Origin: Styela clava
Taxonomy: Eukaryota
Assembly: GCF_964204865.1 (NCBI RefSeq)
Contig: NC_135257.1
Location: forward strand, 13,392,001-13,456,000
Reading direction: 5' to 3'
Length of the DNA: 64,000 nt
Shown piece after piece: positions 1 to 12,674 of this stretch (its first letter is position 1; each line of letters starts with the position of its first letter). Below the pieces are notes generated by a model, which saw only the letters and a program-made list of their open reading frames with translations, was not told where the DNA came from and ran no database searches. The translations under genes and the position numbers were made by a program.

Positions 1-920
1 GAAACTTTTAGGGTTTGTTGGTAATAACAATTATCTAAATCTACAGCAATTCCCGATATTTTATATTTCTGTTATGAATAGTTTCAACGGAAAGTCTACA
101 CTCTACAGATATTTTAGCAATAATAGTTAAATCGGAAGTGTGCAATTGACATCCTTATTTATTCAAGTGATAGAACAGACTGTCCGTTCACATTTTGCAT
201 TCTGTAGGCCTATATATATTTGTGCACTTGTTGATGTTATATTTTCTAAAGAAGGCAATGTGAATACATAATTTTTTTGTTTATACTGTCTGGCTATGTG
301 GAACATGCATTGTTCCTTGGAAGAGGAGGCAAAATAGATCAATAGATTCACATTTTCAAGAAAATAGTTATTCATTTGTCCTTCATCCAGTCCTTTTACT
401 GTGCAAATATATAAAATTCTATCATATCCCAATTTTTGATGTTTTATCATTGTAGTGCTATTTACACACACTTTTACAATTACAAATATAGGCTTCACTA
501 TATATATATACCGGTACTCTATCTAATGTACTGTGATATCCACCCCCAAAATATCAAACAACTATATTTTTGTTTAAATCTATTAACAATGAACTAAATT
601 TTTATCTTATCTTATCAAATTGTGAAGGATAAAAATGAATTCCTCTAGTTTCAAATTGCAAACAATAGCGTTGAAACATTTGCATCATGTCTTCATTGTA
701 TAATTTATAACTTGAATATAGCACAACATAATAACAATGAAACTGAAAGAGACATGGCATAAGACCTAATATTATATATATAAAAGTACTCCAGTAGTTT
801 TCTTACTGTTTTTATTTTTTTCTAGAATATAATAGTTGTACTAAATAGTATACTGCAGTATTATAATTCTTTTTAAATAGATATTTGTTCATCGTTATAC
901 CTCAGTATTGAATGATCTTG

Positions 921-2492
921 TCACTTCAAACTTTCCATCAACTCTGGATTTTCAACCGTTTTGGAAGGATAAAGTTGTACAATGATTCCTTTCTCAATGA
1001 GTTTGTTCCACATTAAACTAATTTGATGAATAGTTGGATTCAGGGTTGGAAATGCCACCCAGACAACCCATTCATCTGAAAAGATATTGATCCGATATCA
1101 ATACTGATATAAATCGCTCTAGGAATCTACACATATTCAATTGGTTTGTGTCACTTTTTTGAAATTTTGAAAGATTCGTTGTCTTATGTATAGCCTGGAG
1201 AGGAAAAAATAGTTTAGTCCGGTATTGCAGTTTTATAGTTGGTTGCTTTTCCCCCAATTTCCTTATGTGCAATGTGGTGCTACCTCCACTGGTGAGCAGG
1301 CATTCCTTGTGAATGAACGTCCTTGAATGTTTTTAAGTGGGTGATTTTAATTACTTACCGTACTCTTGAGTGAGTTTAATCCCTTATATTGTGAGTTCTA
1401 CCAATGCTACTGAGAGTAAATTGTCATTGAAACTAAATGAAAAGCGGAATAAAATACCTGAAAGACTGCAGAATGCATTGACCAAAAAATTCTTTTCGTC
1501 ACATAGAGCCAGAATATCACCATTGAATAAGGCATCATCTGAATATTAAAATGTTTTAACTTTTTGATTGTCAATGTATTTTACCATTGCCAATTTAATC
1601 TGTAAATTTAATTATACATTACCTATTTTTTTCGCTTTATCATTTGTTCCTCCATCTGGTGTTAGAGTGTGAGAAGCCAAAGCAGCTGGTTCTGTATCAA
1701 AATATTGAATTTTTTATTTCATTTTACCTATATAGGTATATTTAAAAATAATACCTTCACTCATTTCCCCATAATAAACGCCGTCTCTTCGTTTGGTCGT
1801 ATGACTTGTAAAGGTTTGGGGAGGAGAACTGAAATAAAGTAAAATGTACAATTACATATCTTCTGGTTTTGAATGCAGCTTTGTTTGGGTTGGACACTGA
1901 ATAGTCTGATCTTTCAATTCAAATGTAACTAAATTCACTTGTATACTTTAGTTTAAATATTGCAGTGTTAAATCATTGCTTCGTTTTTTTTTCAACTCTT
2001 TTCAATTTCTTTGAAATATATTATAAACATACTTCTCATGTAAATCAGTATGCACCATTCGCATTCCTTCATTTGTATTGGAGATATTCCGTAATCTTAC
2101 ACCTATAACATCTTCTTTCATGATCTCATCGTTGGTGTGTAGCACCAAGTACCAGTCATTCTTTACCTGCGCACAATAATAAGAAAGCCGAGTTCAGTGA
2201 AGATGTTGAAATCTCCAGATATACCATTGGGAGTATGGGAGATGAATGTATTTGAAGTCCTAATGTTGTTTTAATCAAGTTTTTGAAAAAAAGTGTAAGC
2301 GGATAATGAATGTTTCATATATATTAAAGATTGATTGAAGGTTAGGGCTTTACTATTTAATTATATACATACTTTATCCCAGTCGATATCTTCATTGTTC
2401 TCTGGAATTTTACATTTTTTTGCCTGGTTAATCTCGATGCCTATAGCAAGCATCAAAAGTGAAATACGCAATATGTTCTTCATGGTCATCAT
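921..2492 (-). CDS. Secreted lipocalin-like protein, array copy A (6 exons, 210 aa)
   Basis: Manual splicing: exons 2492-2373, 2166-2033, 1828-1755, 1691-1623, 1538-1458, 1075-921; all GT-AG, phases 0,2,1,1,1, open frame of 633 nt. Protein MMTMKNILRISLLMLAIGIEINQA-KKCKIPENNEDIDWDK|VKNDWYLVLHTND...LALCDEKNFLVNAFCSLS|DEWVVWVAFPTLNP...MESLK*. It has a signal peptide and an SCR1-like DWDK-x(4)-WY motif, and is colinear exon by exon with the canonical lipocalin at 43465-45489. Confidence 0.85.
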
Positions 2493-4641
2493 TTTATTTT
2501 AAAGCTGCTAAATCTTAGTTTTAAAAACCACAATTTTATGTACTTTCCTAACCCTGAAAACTTTTAAAGTTTATTGGTGAATTATCCAAATTTACAGCAA
2601 TTTGTGAGATTTCAGAATTAGATTATGAATAATTGAATCGAAAAGTCAATAGATACTGTAGCAATAATATTTGAATCGGAAGAGTGCAATTGACATCCTT
2701 ATTTATCCAAGTCATAGAACAGACTGTCTGTTACAGGTCTTGCATTCTGTACATATATTGGTGTTGTGAAGATGTTAAAGTTCCTGAAGAAGGCAGTGTG
2801 AAACGAGTATCGTATTTTTTTGTTTTGTTTATACTGTCTGGCTATGTGGAACATGCATTGTTACTTGTAAGAGGAGGCTAAAGAGATCAATAGATTCACA
2901 TTTTCAAGAAAATGTTTATTCATTTGTCATTCATTCGATCCTTTTTCTGTACAAATTCGTAGAATTCTATTATATCCTAATTTTTGATGTTTTATCATTG
3001 TAGTGCTATTTACACACACTTATACATTTACAAATATAAGCTTTAATAGATATATATATATGTATACTATATCTAATGTACTGTGATTTCCACCCCAAAA
3101 ATATCAAACAACAATTCAGTATCAGTAAGTCTGCTATTTTTGAAAATATTATTCTTCTGTATGCACAGTACCATAATATTGGGTTTGAACTGCAAATTCT
3201 TTTTCTTTGTCCACTACCTACTTGTATCTTACCCACAAGGAAACTTTAAGGACATGATTGAATGACAGTGGCAATTTTTTTCAACTATCGGTGACCAAAA
3301 TATTTGACCTAACGTGTGCCGGTTTTGGACAATATGACAACTTATTGTAGACATGAAATTTGAAAAATACTTAATCTATTGGAATGGCAGAATAAATATG
3401 GCATAATGCATTGTTTAATTGTTTTACAATATACTTTGCCATTTTTTTAAAAGGCGTAAGTTAATTCGAATAAATCACAAACAATATTAAATCTTAGGTT
3501 CTAACATCGACATCTGGTTTTTGGTTTACATCCATTTATCAGGTCAACTCATAGGGTGCGAAAAATCATGAAATGTAAAAGAAACATGATGCGTTTGTCA
3601 AAAACTGAAGGTTTTTGCAATTAGAAAACGCCAGTAATTTTTGTGTGCTAACTAGATCATAAAACTGAAAATGCAAAAATGATGCAATAACGAGTCTTCG
3701 CAGTGACATATTCATCACTGTCCTAGTTCTGATTATGCCGACTACATTTACGGTGCTTGGTGCCTACTACTTTTATGTGTGCTTTGCAATCGAACGCAAG
3801 TATAACCTAACAAGAAAGATTCAGACGCAAGAGAAACTGCTTTTCTATGAATATTAAATTAGATATCCAAATTACAAAAATCGCCACATGGTGCGAAGAT
3901 GCATAAACTGAATTGCAGTAACAGATCCCCCAGATTCAGTTATTCGAATTGTCCGTTCCTAGTCAAGTCACTGCAATAAGATAAAAAAAAAAGGGAGTGG
4001 AATATTTATGTCCATCTCATGTTGGCTGTGCAACAAAGCCTTTTACTCAACTATATAGCATTAGCATATTAATATGAGGCAGACACAAGCAGAAAGACAA
4101 AAAGACTTCGATGAGAGAGGAGGCAGAAAGGGAACAATAGATTCACGTTTCCATGAACATGTTAATACATTTAGGGGCTTCATCCATCTTTTTTTGTACA
4201 AACATTTAAATTCTATCATATCTAGTGTTTTGAACATGTGTTTTTGATATACTGATATACTTCATATGTGTTTAATTGTACTTTACAGGATTTTATTACA
4301 GATCTTGAGATTTTTCAAACACTGATAACGAATTCCCAAGGTCGCAACAATAAGTATCAAAACTAAATACAATTAGGCATGTTTATCTCATATTTTTATG
4401 TTAATGGATTGACGTGGTATTTTAGAGTAGTAATGTTCTTATTTTGGCGCAAAAACCGCGAGTTAAGTTGGCCACAATTATATTGATATAGAAATGAATT
4501 TTAGATTCTCGTAGCTGTCATGAATTGAATATGTTACGCGACAAAAAAGTCGATATGCGCTGAAATAGTCGGCTATTTTAACGAGCTCGTAATTGCGTCG
4601 ACTGTTTCAGAAGGAAATGGGAATTTCCGTTTTTGAAAATT

Positions 4642-4677
4642 GAGTGAAATAAACCTTATAATTGTCAAGGTTAGCAT
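4642..4677 (-). pseudogene. 5' remnant of a lipocalin array copy (ATG and ~12 codons; gene body lost)
   Basis: Reverse strand reads ATG CTA ACC TTG ACA ATT ATA AGG TTT ATT TCA CTC, matching the start of exon 1 (copy D: MLTLKNITFISL). It is followed on + by the conserved upstream block (4680-5240). Exons 2-6 are absent from 3110-4640. Confidence 0.65.
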
Positions 4678-5622
4678 TATATTTTAAGGCTGCTGAAACT
4701 TAGTTATGAAAACTACAGAATTACATCTTTTATAACCCCGAAAATTCTAGGGTTGGTTGGTGAGTTATCCAAATCTATAGCAATTCATGATATTTTATAA
4801 TTCTGTTATGAATAGTTTCAACGAAAAGTCTGCACTCTACAGATATTCTAGCAATAATAGTTAAATCGGAAGTGTGCAATTGACATTCCTACTTATCCAA
4901 GTCATAGAACAGACTGTCTGTTCATGTTTTGCATTCTTTACATATATTTGTGCACTTGATGTTATATTTTTTGAAGGAGACAATGTGAAAACATATTTTT
5001 TTTTGTTTATACCGTCTGGCTATGTGGAACATGCATTGTTCCATGGAAGAGGAGGCAAAAGAGATCAAGAATATGTTTATTCATTTGTGCTTCATCCAAT
5101 CCTTTTTTTGTACAAATATTTAGAATTCTATCATATTCTAATTTTTGATGTTTTATCATTGTAGTGCTATTTACACACACTCATACAATTACAAATAGAG
5201 GCTTCACTATGTATATATATACTCTATCTAATGTACTGTGATATCCACCCCCAAAATATCAAACAACTATATTTTTGTTGAAATCTATTAACAATGAACT
5301 AAATTTTTATCTTATCTCATCAAATTGTGAAGGATAAAAATGAATTCCTCCGGTTTCAAATTGCAAACAATAGCGTTGAAACATTTGCATCATGTCTTCA
5401 TTGTATAATTTACAACTTGAATATAACACAACATAATAACAATGAAACTGAAAGAGACATGGCATAATACCTAAAATTCTATATAAAAGTACTCCAGTAG
5501 TTTTCTTACTGTCTTTATTTTTTTTAGAATATAATAGTTGTACTAAATAGTATACTGCAGTATTATAATTCTTATTAAATAGATCTGTGTTCATCGTTAT
5601 AACTCAGTATTGAATGATCTTG

Positions 5623-7285
5623 TCACTTCAAACTCTCCATCAACTCTGGATGTGCAACCGTTTTAGAAGGATAAAGTTGTACAACGATTCCTTTCTCAAT
5701 GAGTTTGTTCCACATTAAACTAATTTGATGAATAGTTGGATTCAGGGTTGGAAATGCCACCCAGACAACCCATTCATCTGAAAAGATATTGATCCGATAT
5801 GAATACTGATATAAATCGCTCTAGGAATCTACACATATTCAATTGGTTTGTGTCACTTTTTTGAAATTTTGAAAGATTTGTTGTCTTATGTATAGCCTGG
5901 AGAGGAAAAAATAGTTTAGTAGGGTATTGCAGTTTTATAGTTGGTTGCTTTTCCCCCAATTTCCTTACATGCAATGTGGTGCTACCTCCACTGGTGAGCA
6001 GGCATTCCTTGTGAATGAACCTCCTTGAATGTTTTTAAGTGAGTGATTTTAATTACTTACGGTACTCTTGAGTGAGTTTAATCCCTTATATTGTGAGTTC
6101 TACCAATGCTACTGAGAGTAAATTGTCATTGAAACTAAATGAAAAGTGGCATAAAATACCTGAAAGACTGCAGAATGCATTGACCAAAAAATTCTTTTCG
6201 TCACATAGAGCCAGAATATCACCATTGAATAAGGCATCATCTGAATATTAAAATGTTTTAACTTTTTGATTGTCAATGTATTTTACCATTGCCAATTTAA
6301 TCTGTAAATTTAATTATACATTAGGTACCTATTTTTTTCGCTTTATCATTTGTTCCTCCATCTGGAGTTAGAGTGTGTGAAGCCAAAGCAGCTGGTTCTG
6401 TATCAAAATATTGAATTTTTTATTTCATTTTACCTATATAGGTATATTTAGAAATAATACCTTCGCTCTTTTCCCTATGATAAACGCCGTCTCTTCGTTT
6501 GATCCTATGGCTTGTAAAGGTTTGGGGAGGAGAACTGAAATAAAGTAAAATGTACAATTACATATTTTCTGTTTTTAAATGCAGCTTTGATTTGGGTTGA
6601 ACACTGAAATGTCTAATCTTCCAATTCAAATGTAACTGAATTCACTCGTATACTTTAGTTTGAATATTGCAGTGTTAGGTCATTTCTTCAGTTTTTTTTT
6701 ATGAAACTTGTTTCAGGTCATCTGAAATAAATTATAAACTTACTTCTCATGTAATTCAGTAATCACCATTCGCATTCCTTCATTTGTATTGGAGATATTC
6801 CGTAATCTTACACCTATAACATCTTCTTTCATGATCTCATCGTTGGTGTGTAGCACCATATACCAGTCATCCTTAACCTGCACACAACAATTATATGGTT
6901 TGCAATTTCTACTGAATAATTTCATTATGCAATGAGAGTTTTTCTAAATCTCAACTTCTAACACCTGTGACGCATTTGGAAAGTCGAGTTCAGTGAAGAT
7001 GTTGAAATCTCCAGATATATTATTGTGAGATGAATGTATTTGAAGTCCTCATGTTGTCTTAATCAAATTTTTGAAAAAAATGTAAGTGGATAATGAATGT
7101 TCCTTCTATATTGAAAATTGACTGAAGGTACCGGTAAAGGTTTTACTATTTAAATATATACATACCTTATCCCAGTCGATGTCTTCATTGTTCTCAGGAA
7201 TTTTACATTCTTTTGCCTGGTTAATCTCGATGCCTATAGCAAGCATCAAAAGTGAAATATGAAATATGTTTTTCAAGGTCAGCAT
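5623..7285 (-). CDS. Secreted lipocalin-like protein, array copy B (6 exons, 210 aa)
   Basis: ATG at 7285 (MLTLKNIFHISLLMLAIGIEINQAKECKIPENNEDIDWDK), exon 2 VKDDWYMVLHTNDEIMKEDVIG..., TGA at 5623-5625. Same exon structure as copy A and frame intact. Confidence 0.85.
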
Positions 7286-8380
7286 TTTATTTTAAAGCTG
7301 CTAAATAACTTAGTTCTATAAACTACAAAATTATGTACTTTTATAACCCGGCAAACTTTTAGGGTTTGTTGGTGAGTTCTCCAAATTTACAGCAATTTGT
7401 GAGATTTTATAATTCTGTTATAAATAGTTTCAACGAATGGACTATAGATATTTTAGCAATAATATTTAAACCGGAAGTGTTCAATTGACATCCTTACTTA
7501 TCCAAGTCATAGAACAGAGTGTCCGTTCACATTTTGCATTCTGTACATATATTTATGCACTCGATGATGTAATATTTTCCAAAGAAGGCAATGTGAATAC
7601 GTAATTTTTTTGTTTATACTGTCTATTGTGAGATGATATTGTAATGTTTAGTGTCTGTTCACGTTTTGCATCCTGTACATATATTTGTGCACTTGATGAT
7701 GTTATATTTTCTAAAGAAGACTATGTGAATACATGATTTTTTTGTTTATACTGCCTGGCTATGTGGAACATGCATTGTTCCTTGGAAGAGGAGGCAAAAG
7801 AGATCAATAGATTCACATTTTCAAGAATATGTTTATTCATTTGTGCTTCATCCAATCCTTTTTCTGTACATGTAGAATTCTATCATATTCTAATTTTTAA
7901 AGTTTTATCATTGTAGTGCTATTTACTCACATTTATCCAATTACAGATATAAGCTTAAATGAATATATATATATATATACTCTATCTAATGTACTGTGAT
8001 ATCCACCCCCAAAATATCAAACCACTATATTTTTGTTTAAATTTATTAACAATGAAATAAAATCTTTAAATTATCTCATTAAATTAAGGACGATAAAGAT
8101 AAATTCCTCTAGTTCAAAATTGCAAACGATAGCGGTAAAACCTTTGCATCATCTCTTCATTGTATAATTTCCAACCTAAAGATAGCACAACATAATAACA
8201 ATAAAACTGAAAGGGACATGGCATAAGACCTAAAATTCCAACACAAAGTACTTCAGTAGTTTTCTTTCTGTCTTTTTTTTTCTAGAATATAATAGTTGTA
8301 CCGAATAGTATACTGCAGTGTTATAATTTTAAATAAATGGATTTCTGTTCAAGGGGATAACTTAGTATTGAATGATCGTG

Positions 8381-10016
8381 TCACTTCAAACTTTCCATAA
8401 ACTCTGGATGTTCAACAGTTTTAGAAGGATACAGTTGTACAATGATTCCTTTCTCAATGAGCTTGTTCCACATCAAACTAATTTGATGAATAGTTGGATT
8501 CAGGCTTGGAAACGCCACCCAGACAACCCATTCATCTGAAAAGAAATTGCCCCGATATAAATCGCTCTAGGAATATACATATATGCGATTGATTTGTGTC
8601 ACTTTTTTGAAATATTTGTTGTTTTATGTACAGCCTGGAGAGGAAAGCTTAGTCTGGTCCGTTATTGCACTTTTAGTTGGTTGCTTCCCCCCCCCCCCCC
8701 AAGTTCCACCTCACACGCAATGTGATACTACCTTCACTAGTGAGCAGGCATTCCTTGTGAATGAACCTCTCAAGTAACTGATTTTTATTACTTACTAATT
8801 ATATTACTTAGTCTTGAGTGAGTTCAATTTCCTTCATTGTGAGTTCTATCAATGCTACTGAGAGGGAATTGTCATTGAAACTAAATGAAAAGCGGCATAA
8901 AATACCTGAGAGACTGCAGAATGCATAGACCAAATAATTCTTTTCATCACATAGAACCAGATTATCACCATCGAATAAGGCATCATCTGAATATTAAAAT
9001 GTTTTAACTTTTGGAATGTCAATGTATTTACTACCATCATCAATATATTCTGTAAATTCAATTATACATTACCTATTTTTTTAGCTTTATTATTTGTTCT
9101 TCCATCTGGTGTTAGAGTGTGTGAAGCCAAAACAGCTGGTTCTGTATGAAAATAATAAATTTTTTATTTCTTTTTTCATTCCAACTATATAGGTATATTC
9201 AAAAATGATACCTTCGCTCTTTTCCGCAAAATAAACGCCGTCTCTTCGTTTGGTAAAATCGAATGTTAAGGTTTGGGGAGGAGAACTGAAATAAAGTAAA
9301 ATTTACAATTACATATCTGCTGCTCTGATTTGGTTTGGAAACTGAGTATTCTGATCTGTCAATTCAAATGTAACTCAATTCACTTGTATTACTTTAGTCT
9401 GAATATTGCGGACTTTGTGGTGTTAAGTAATTTGTCCAGTTTTATTTTTTGAACTTGTTTCAGGTTATTTCAAATAAATTATAAACTTACTTCTCATGTA
9501 AATCAATAACCACTATTCGCATTCCTTCATTTGTTTTGGTAAAATTCCGGAATTTTGCACCTATAACATCTTTTTTCATGACCTCATCATTAGTGTGTAG
9601 CCCCTGATACCAGTCATTCTTAACCTGCACACAACAATATGGTTTTCAATTTCTACTCAATAATTTCATTATGCACTGCGAGTTTTACCAAATCTCAACT
9701 TCTAACACCTGTGACACATTTGGAAAGTTGAAAGTTTGGAAAGATATATTATTGTGAGATAATTTTCTTGAAGTCCTAATGTTGTCTTAATCAAATTTTT
9801 GAAAAAAGTGTAAGCGGAAAATGAAAAATGTTTCAAATATATTAAAAATTGACTGGAAGTGAAGGTTTTACTATTTCATTATATAGGCCTACATACCTTA
9901 TCCCAGTCGATGTCTTCATTGTTCTCTGGAATTTTACATTCTTTTGCCTGGTTAATCTTGATGCTTATAGCAAGCATCAAAAGTGAAATACACAATATGT
10001 TTTTTAAGGTCTGCAT
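8381..10016 (-). CDS. Secreted lipocalin-like protein, array copy C (6 exons, 210 aa)
   Basis: ATG at 10016 (MQTLKNILCISLLMLAISIKINQAKECK...), exon 2 VKNDWYQGLHTNDEVMKKDVIGAKFRNFTKT..., TGA at 8381-8383. Frame intact. Confidence 0.85.
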
Positions 10017-10983
10017 TTTATTTTAAAGCTGCTAAATCTTAGTTTTAAAAATCACAAAATTATGTACTTTCATAAACCTGAAAACTTTTAAAGTTTGTTG
10101 GTGAGTTATCCAAATTTACAGCAATTTGTGAGATTTCAGAATTAGATTATGAATAATTGCATCGAAAAGTCAATAGCTACTGTAGCAATAATATTTGAAT
10201 CGGAAGAGTGCAATTGACATCCTCACTCATCCAAGTCGTAGAACAGACTGTCTGTTACAAGTCTTTCATTCTGTACATATATTGGTGTTGTGAAGATTTC
10301 ATATTTACCCAAAGAAGGCAGTGGGAAATGAGTATTTATTTTTTGTTTATACTGTCTGGCTGTGTTGAACATGCATTGTTCTTTGGAAGAGGAGGCAGAA
10401 GTGATCAATAGATTCACATTTTCAAGAAAATGTTTATTCATTTGTCATTCATCCAATCATTTTTCTGTACAAATATTTAGAATTCCATCATATATCCTAA
10501 TTTTTGATGTTTTATCATTGAAGTGCTATTACACACACCTATACAATTACAAATATAAGCTTTAATGGATATATATATATATACTCTATTTAATGTACTG
10601 TGATATCCACCCCCAAAATATCAAGCAACTATATTTTTGTTTAAATTTATTAACAATGAATTAAATTTTTATCTTATCTCATCAAATTGTAAAAATTAGA
10701 AATGAATTCCTTTAGTTTAAAATTGCAAACAAGAGCGTTGAAACATTTGCATCATGTCTTCATTGTATAATTTTCAACCTAATTATAGCACAACATAATA
10801 ACAATGAAACTGAAAGATACATGGAATAAGACCTCACATTCTATATAAAAGTACTCGCGTACTTTTCTTACTGTCTTTGTTTTTCTAGAATATAATAGTT
10901 GTACTAAATAATATACTGCAGTGTTATGATTTCTATTGAATGGATTTCTGTTCATGGTTATAACTTAGTATTGAATGATCTTG

Positions 10984-12609
10984 TCAGGTCAAACTTCCAT
11001 CAACTCTGGATGTTCAACAGTTTTTGAAGGATAAAGTTGTACAATGATTCCTTTTTCAATGAGCTTGTTTCACATTAAACTAATTTGATGAAAAGTTGGA
11101 TTCAGGGTTGGAAATTCCGCCCAAACAACCCATTCATCTGAAAAAACATCGAGCTAATATTAGGAATTTACATATATGCAAATGGTTTATGTCACTTGTT
11201 TGAAAGATTTGTTGTCCTATGTACAGCCTGGGAGGGAAAAATAGTCTGGTTAGTTATTGCACTTATAGTTGGTTGCTTTCCCCCTAATTTCCACCTCACA
11301 TGCAATGTGATACTACCTTCACTAGTGAGCAGGCATTTTTTGTGACTGTACCTACCAAGTGACTGATTTTTATTACCCACTAATTATAAAACTTACTCTT
11401 GAGTGAGTTTAATTCCCTCTATTGTGAGTTCTATCAATGCTGCTGAGAGCAAATTGTCATTGAAACTAAATGAAAAGTGGCGTAAAATACCTGAAAGACT
11501 GCAGAATGCATAGACCAAATAATTCTTTTTATCACATAGAGCCAGAATATCACCATTGAAAAGGCGTCATCTGAATATTAAAATGTTTCAACTTTTTGAA
11601 TGTCAATGTATCCATCACCATTCACCAATCTAATATACAAATTCAATTATACATTACCTATTTTTTAGCATTATTATTTGTTCCTCCTTCTGGTGTTAGA
11701 GTGTGTGAAGCCGAAACAGCTGGTTCTGTTTCAAAATATTGAATTCTTTATTTATTTTCGTTACATTTTAACTATATAGGTATATTTAAAAATGATACCT
11801 TCGCTCTTTTTTCCGTAATAAACGCCGTCTCTTCGTTTGGATGATTCGATTGTAAAGGTTTGGGGAGGAGAACTGAAATTAAGTAAAATGTACAATTACA
11901 TATCTTCTATTTTTGAATGCAGCTATGATTTTGGTTGGACACTTGAGTAGTATGATCTGCCAATTCGAATGTACGGTAACTGAATTCACTTGTATACTTT
12001 AGTTTGAATATTGCAGTGTTAGGTCATTTCTTCAGTTTCTTGTTTCAGGTCATCGGAAATATTTTATAAACTTACTTCTCATGTAATTCAGTAATCACCA
12101 TTCGCATTCCTTCATTTGTTTTGGAGATATTCCGTAATCTTACACCTATAACATCTTTTTTCATGACCTCATCATTGGTGTGTAGCACCATATACCAGTC
12201 ATCCTTAACCTGCACACAACAATTATATGGTTTACAATTTCTACTGAATAATTTCATTATGCAATGAGAGTTTTGCTAAATTTCAACTTTTAACACCTGT
12301 GACACATTTGGAAAGTCGAGTTCAGGGAAGATGTTGAAATCTCCAGATATATTATTGTGAGATGGATGTATTTGAAGTCCTAATGTTGTCTTAATCAAAT
12401 TTTTGAAAAAAGTCTAAGCGAATAATGAATGTTGTATTTATTTTAAAAATTGATTGATTGAAGGTTTTACTATTTAATTATATACCTACCTTATCCCAGT
12501 CGATGTCTTCATTGTTTTCTGGAATTTTACATTCTTTTGCCTGGTTAATCTCAATGCTTATAGCAAGCATCAAAAGTGAAATAAATGTTATGTTTTTCAA
12601 GGTTAGCAT
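10984..12609 (-). pseudogene. Lipocalin array copy D, probable pseudogene
   Basis: Exons 1-3 are intact. Relative to copies A-C there is a 1-nt deletion in exon 4 (6 vs 7 T at ~11661), a 1-nt deletion in exon 5 (~11560), TGG->TGA at 11070-11072 in the ancestral frame, and a further 1-nt deletion near the stop. Confidence 0.8.
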
Positions 12610-12674
12610 TTGTTTTAAAGCTGCTAAATTCTAGTTCTATCAACTATAAAATTAAATATTTTCATACCCTAGTT

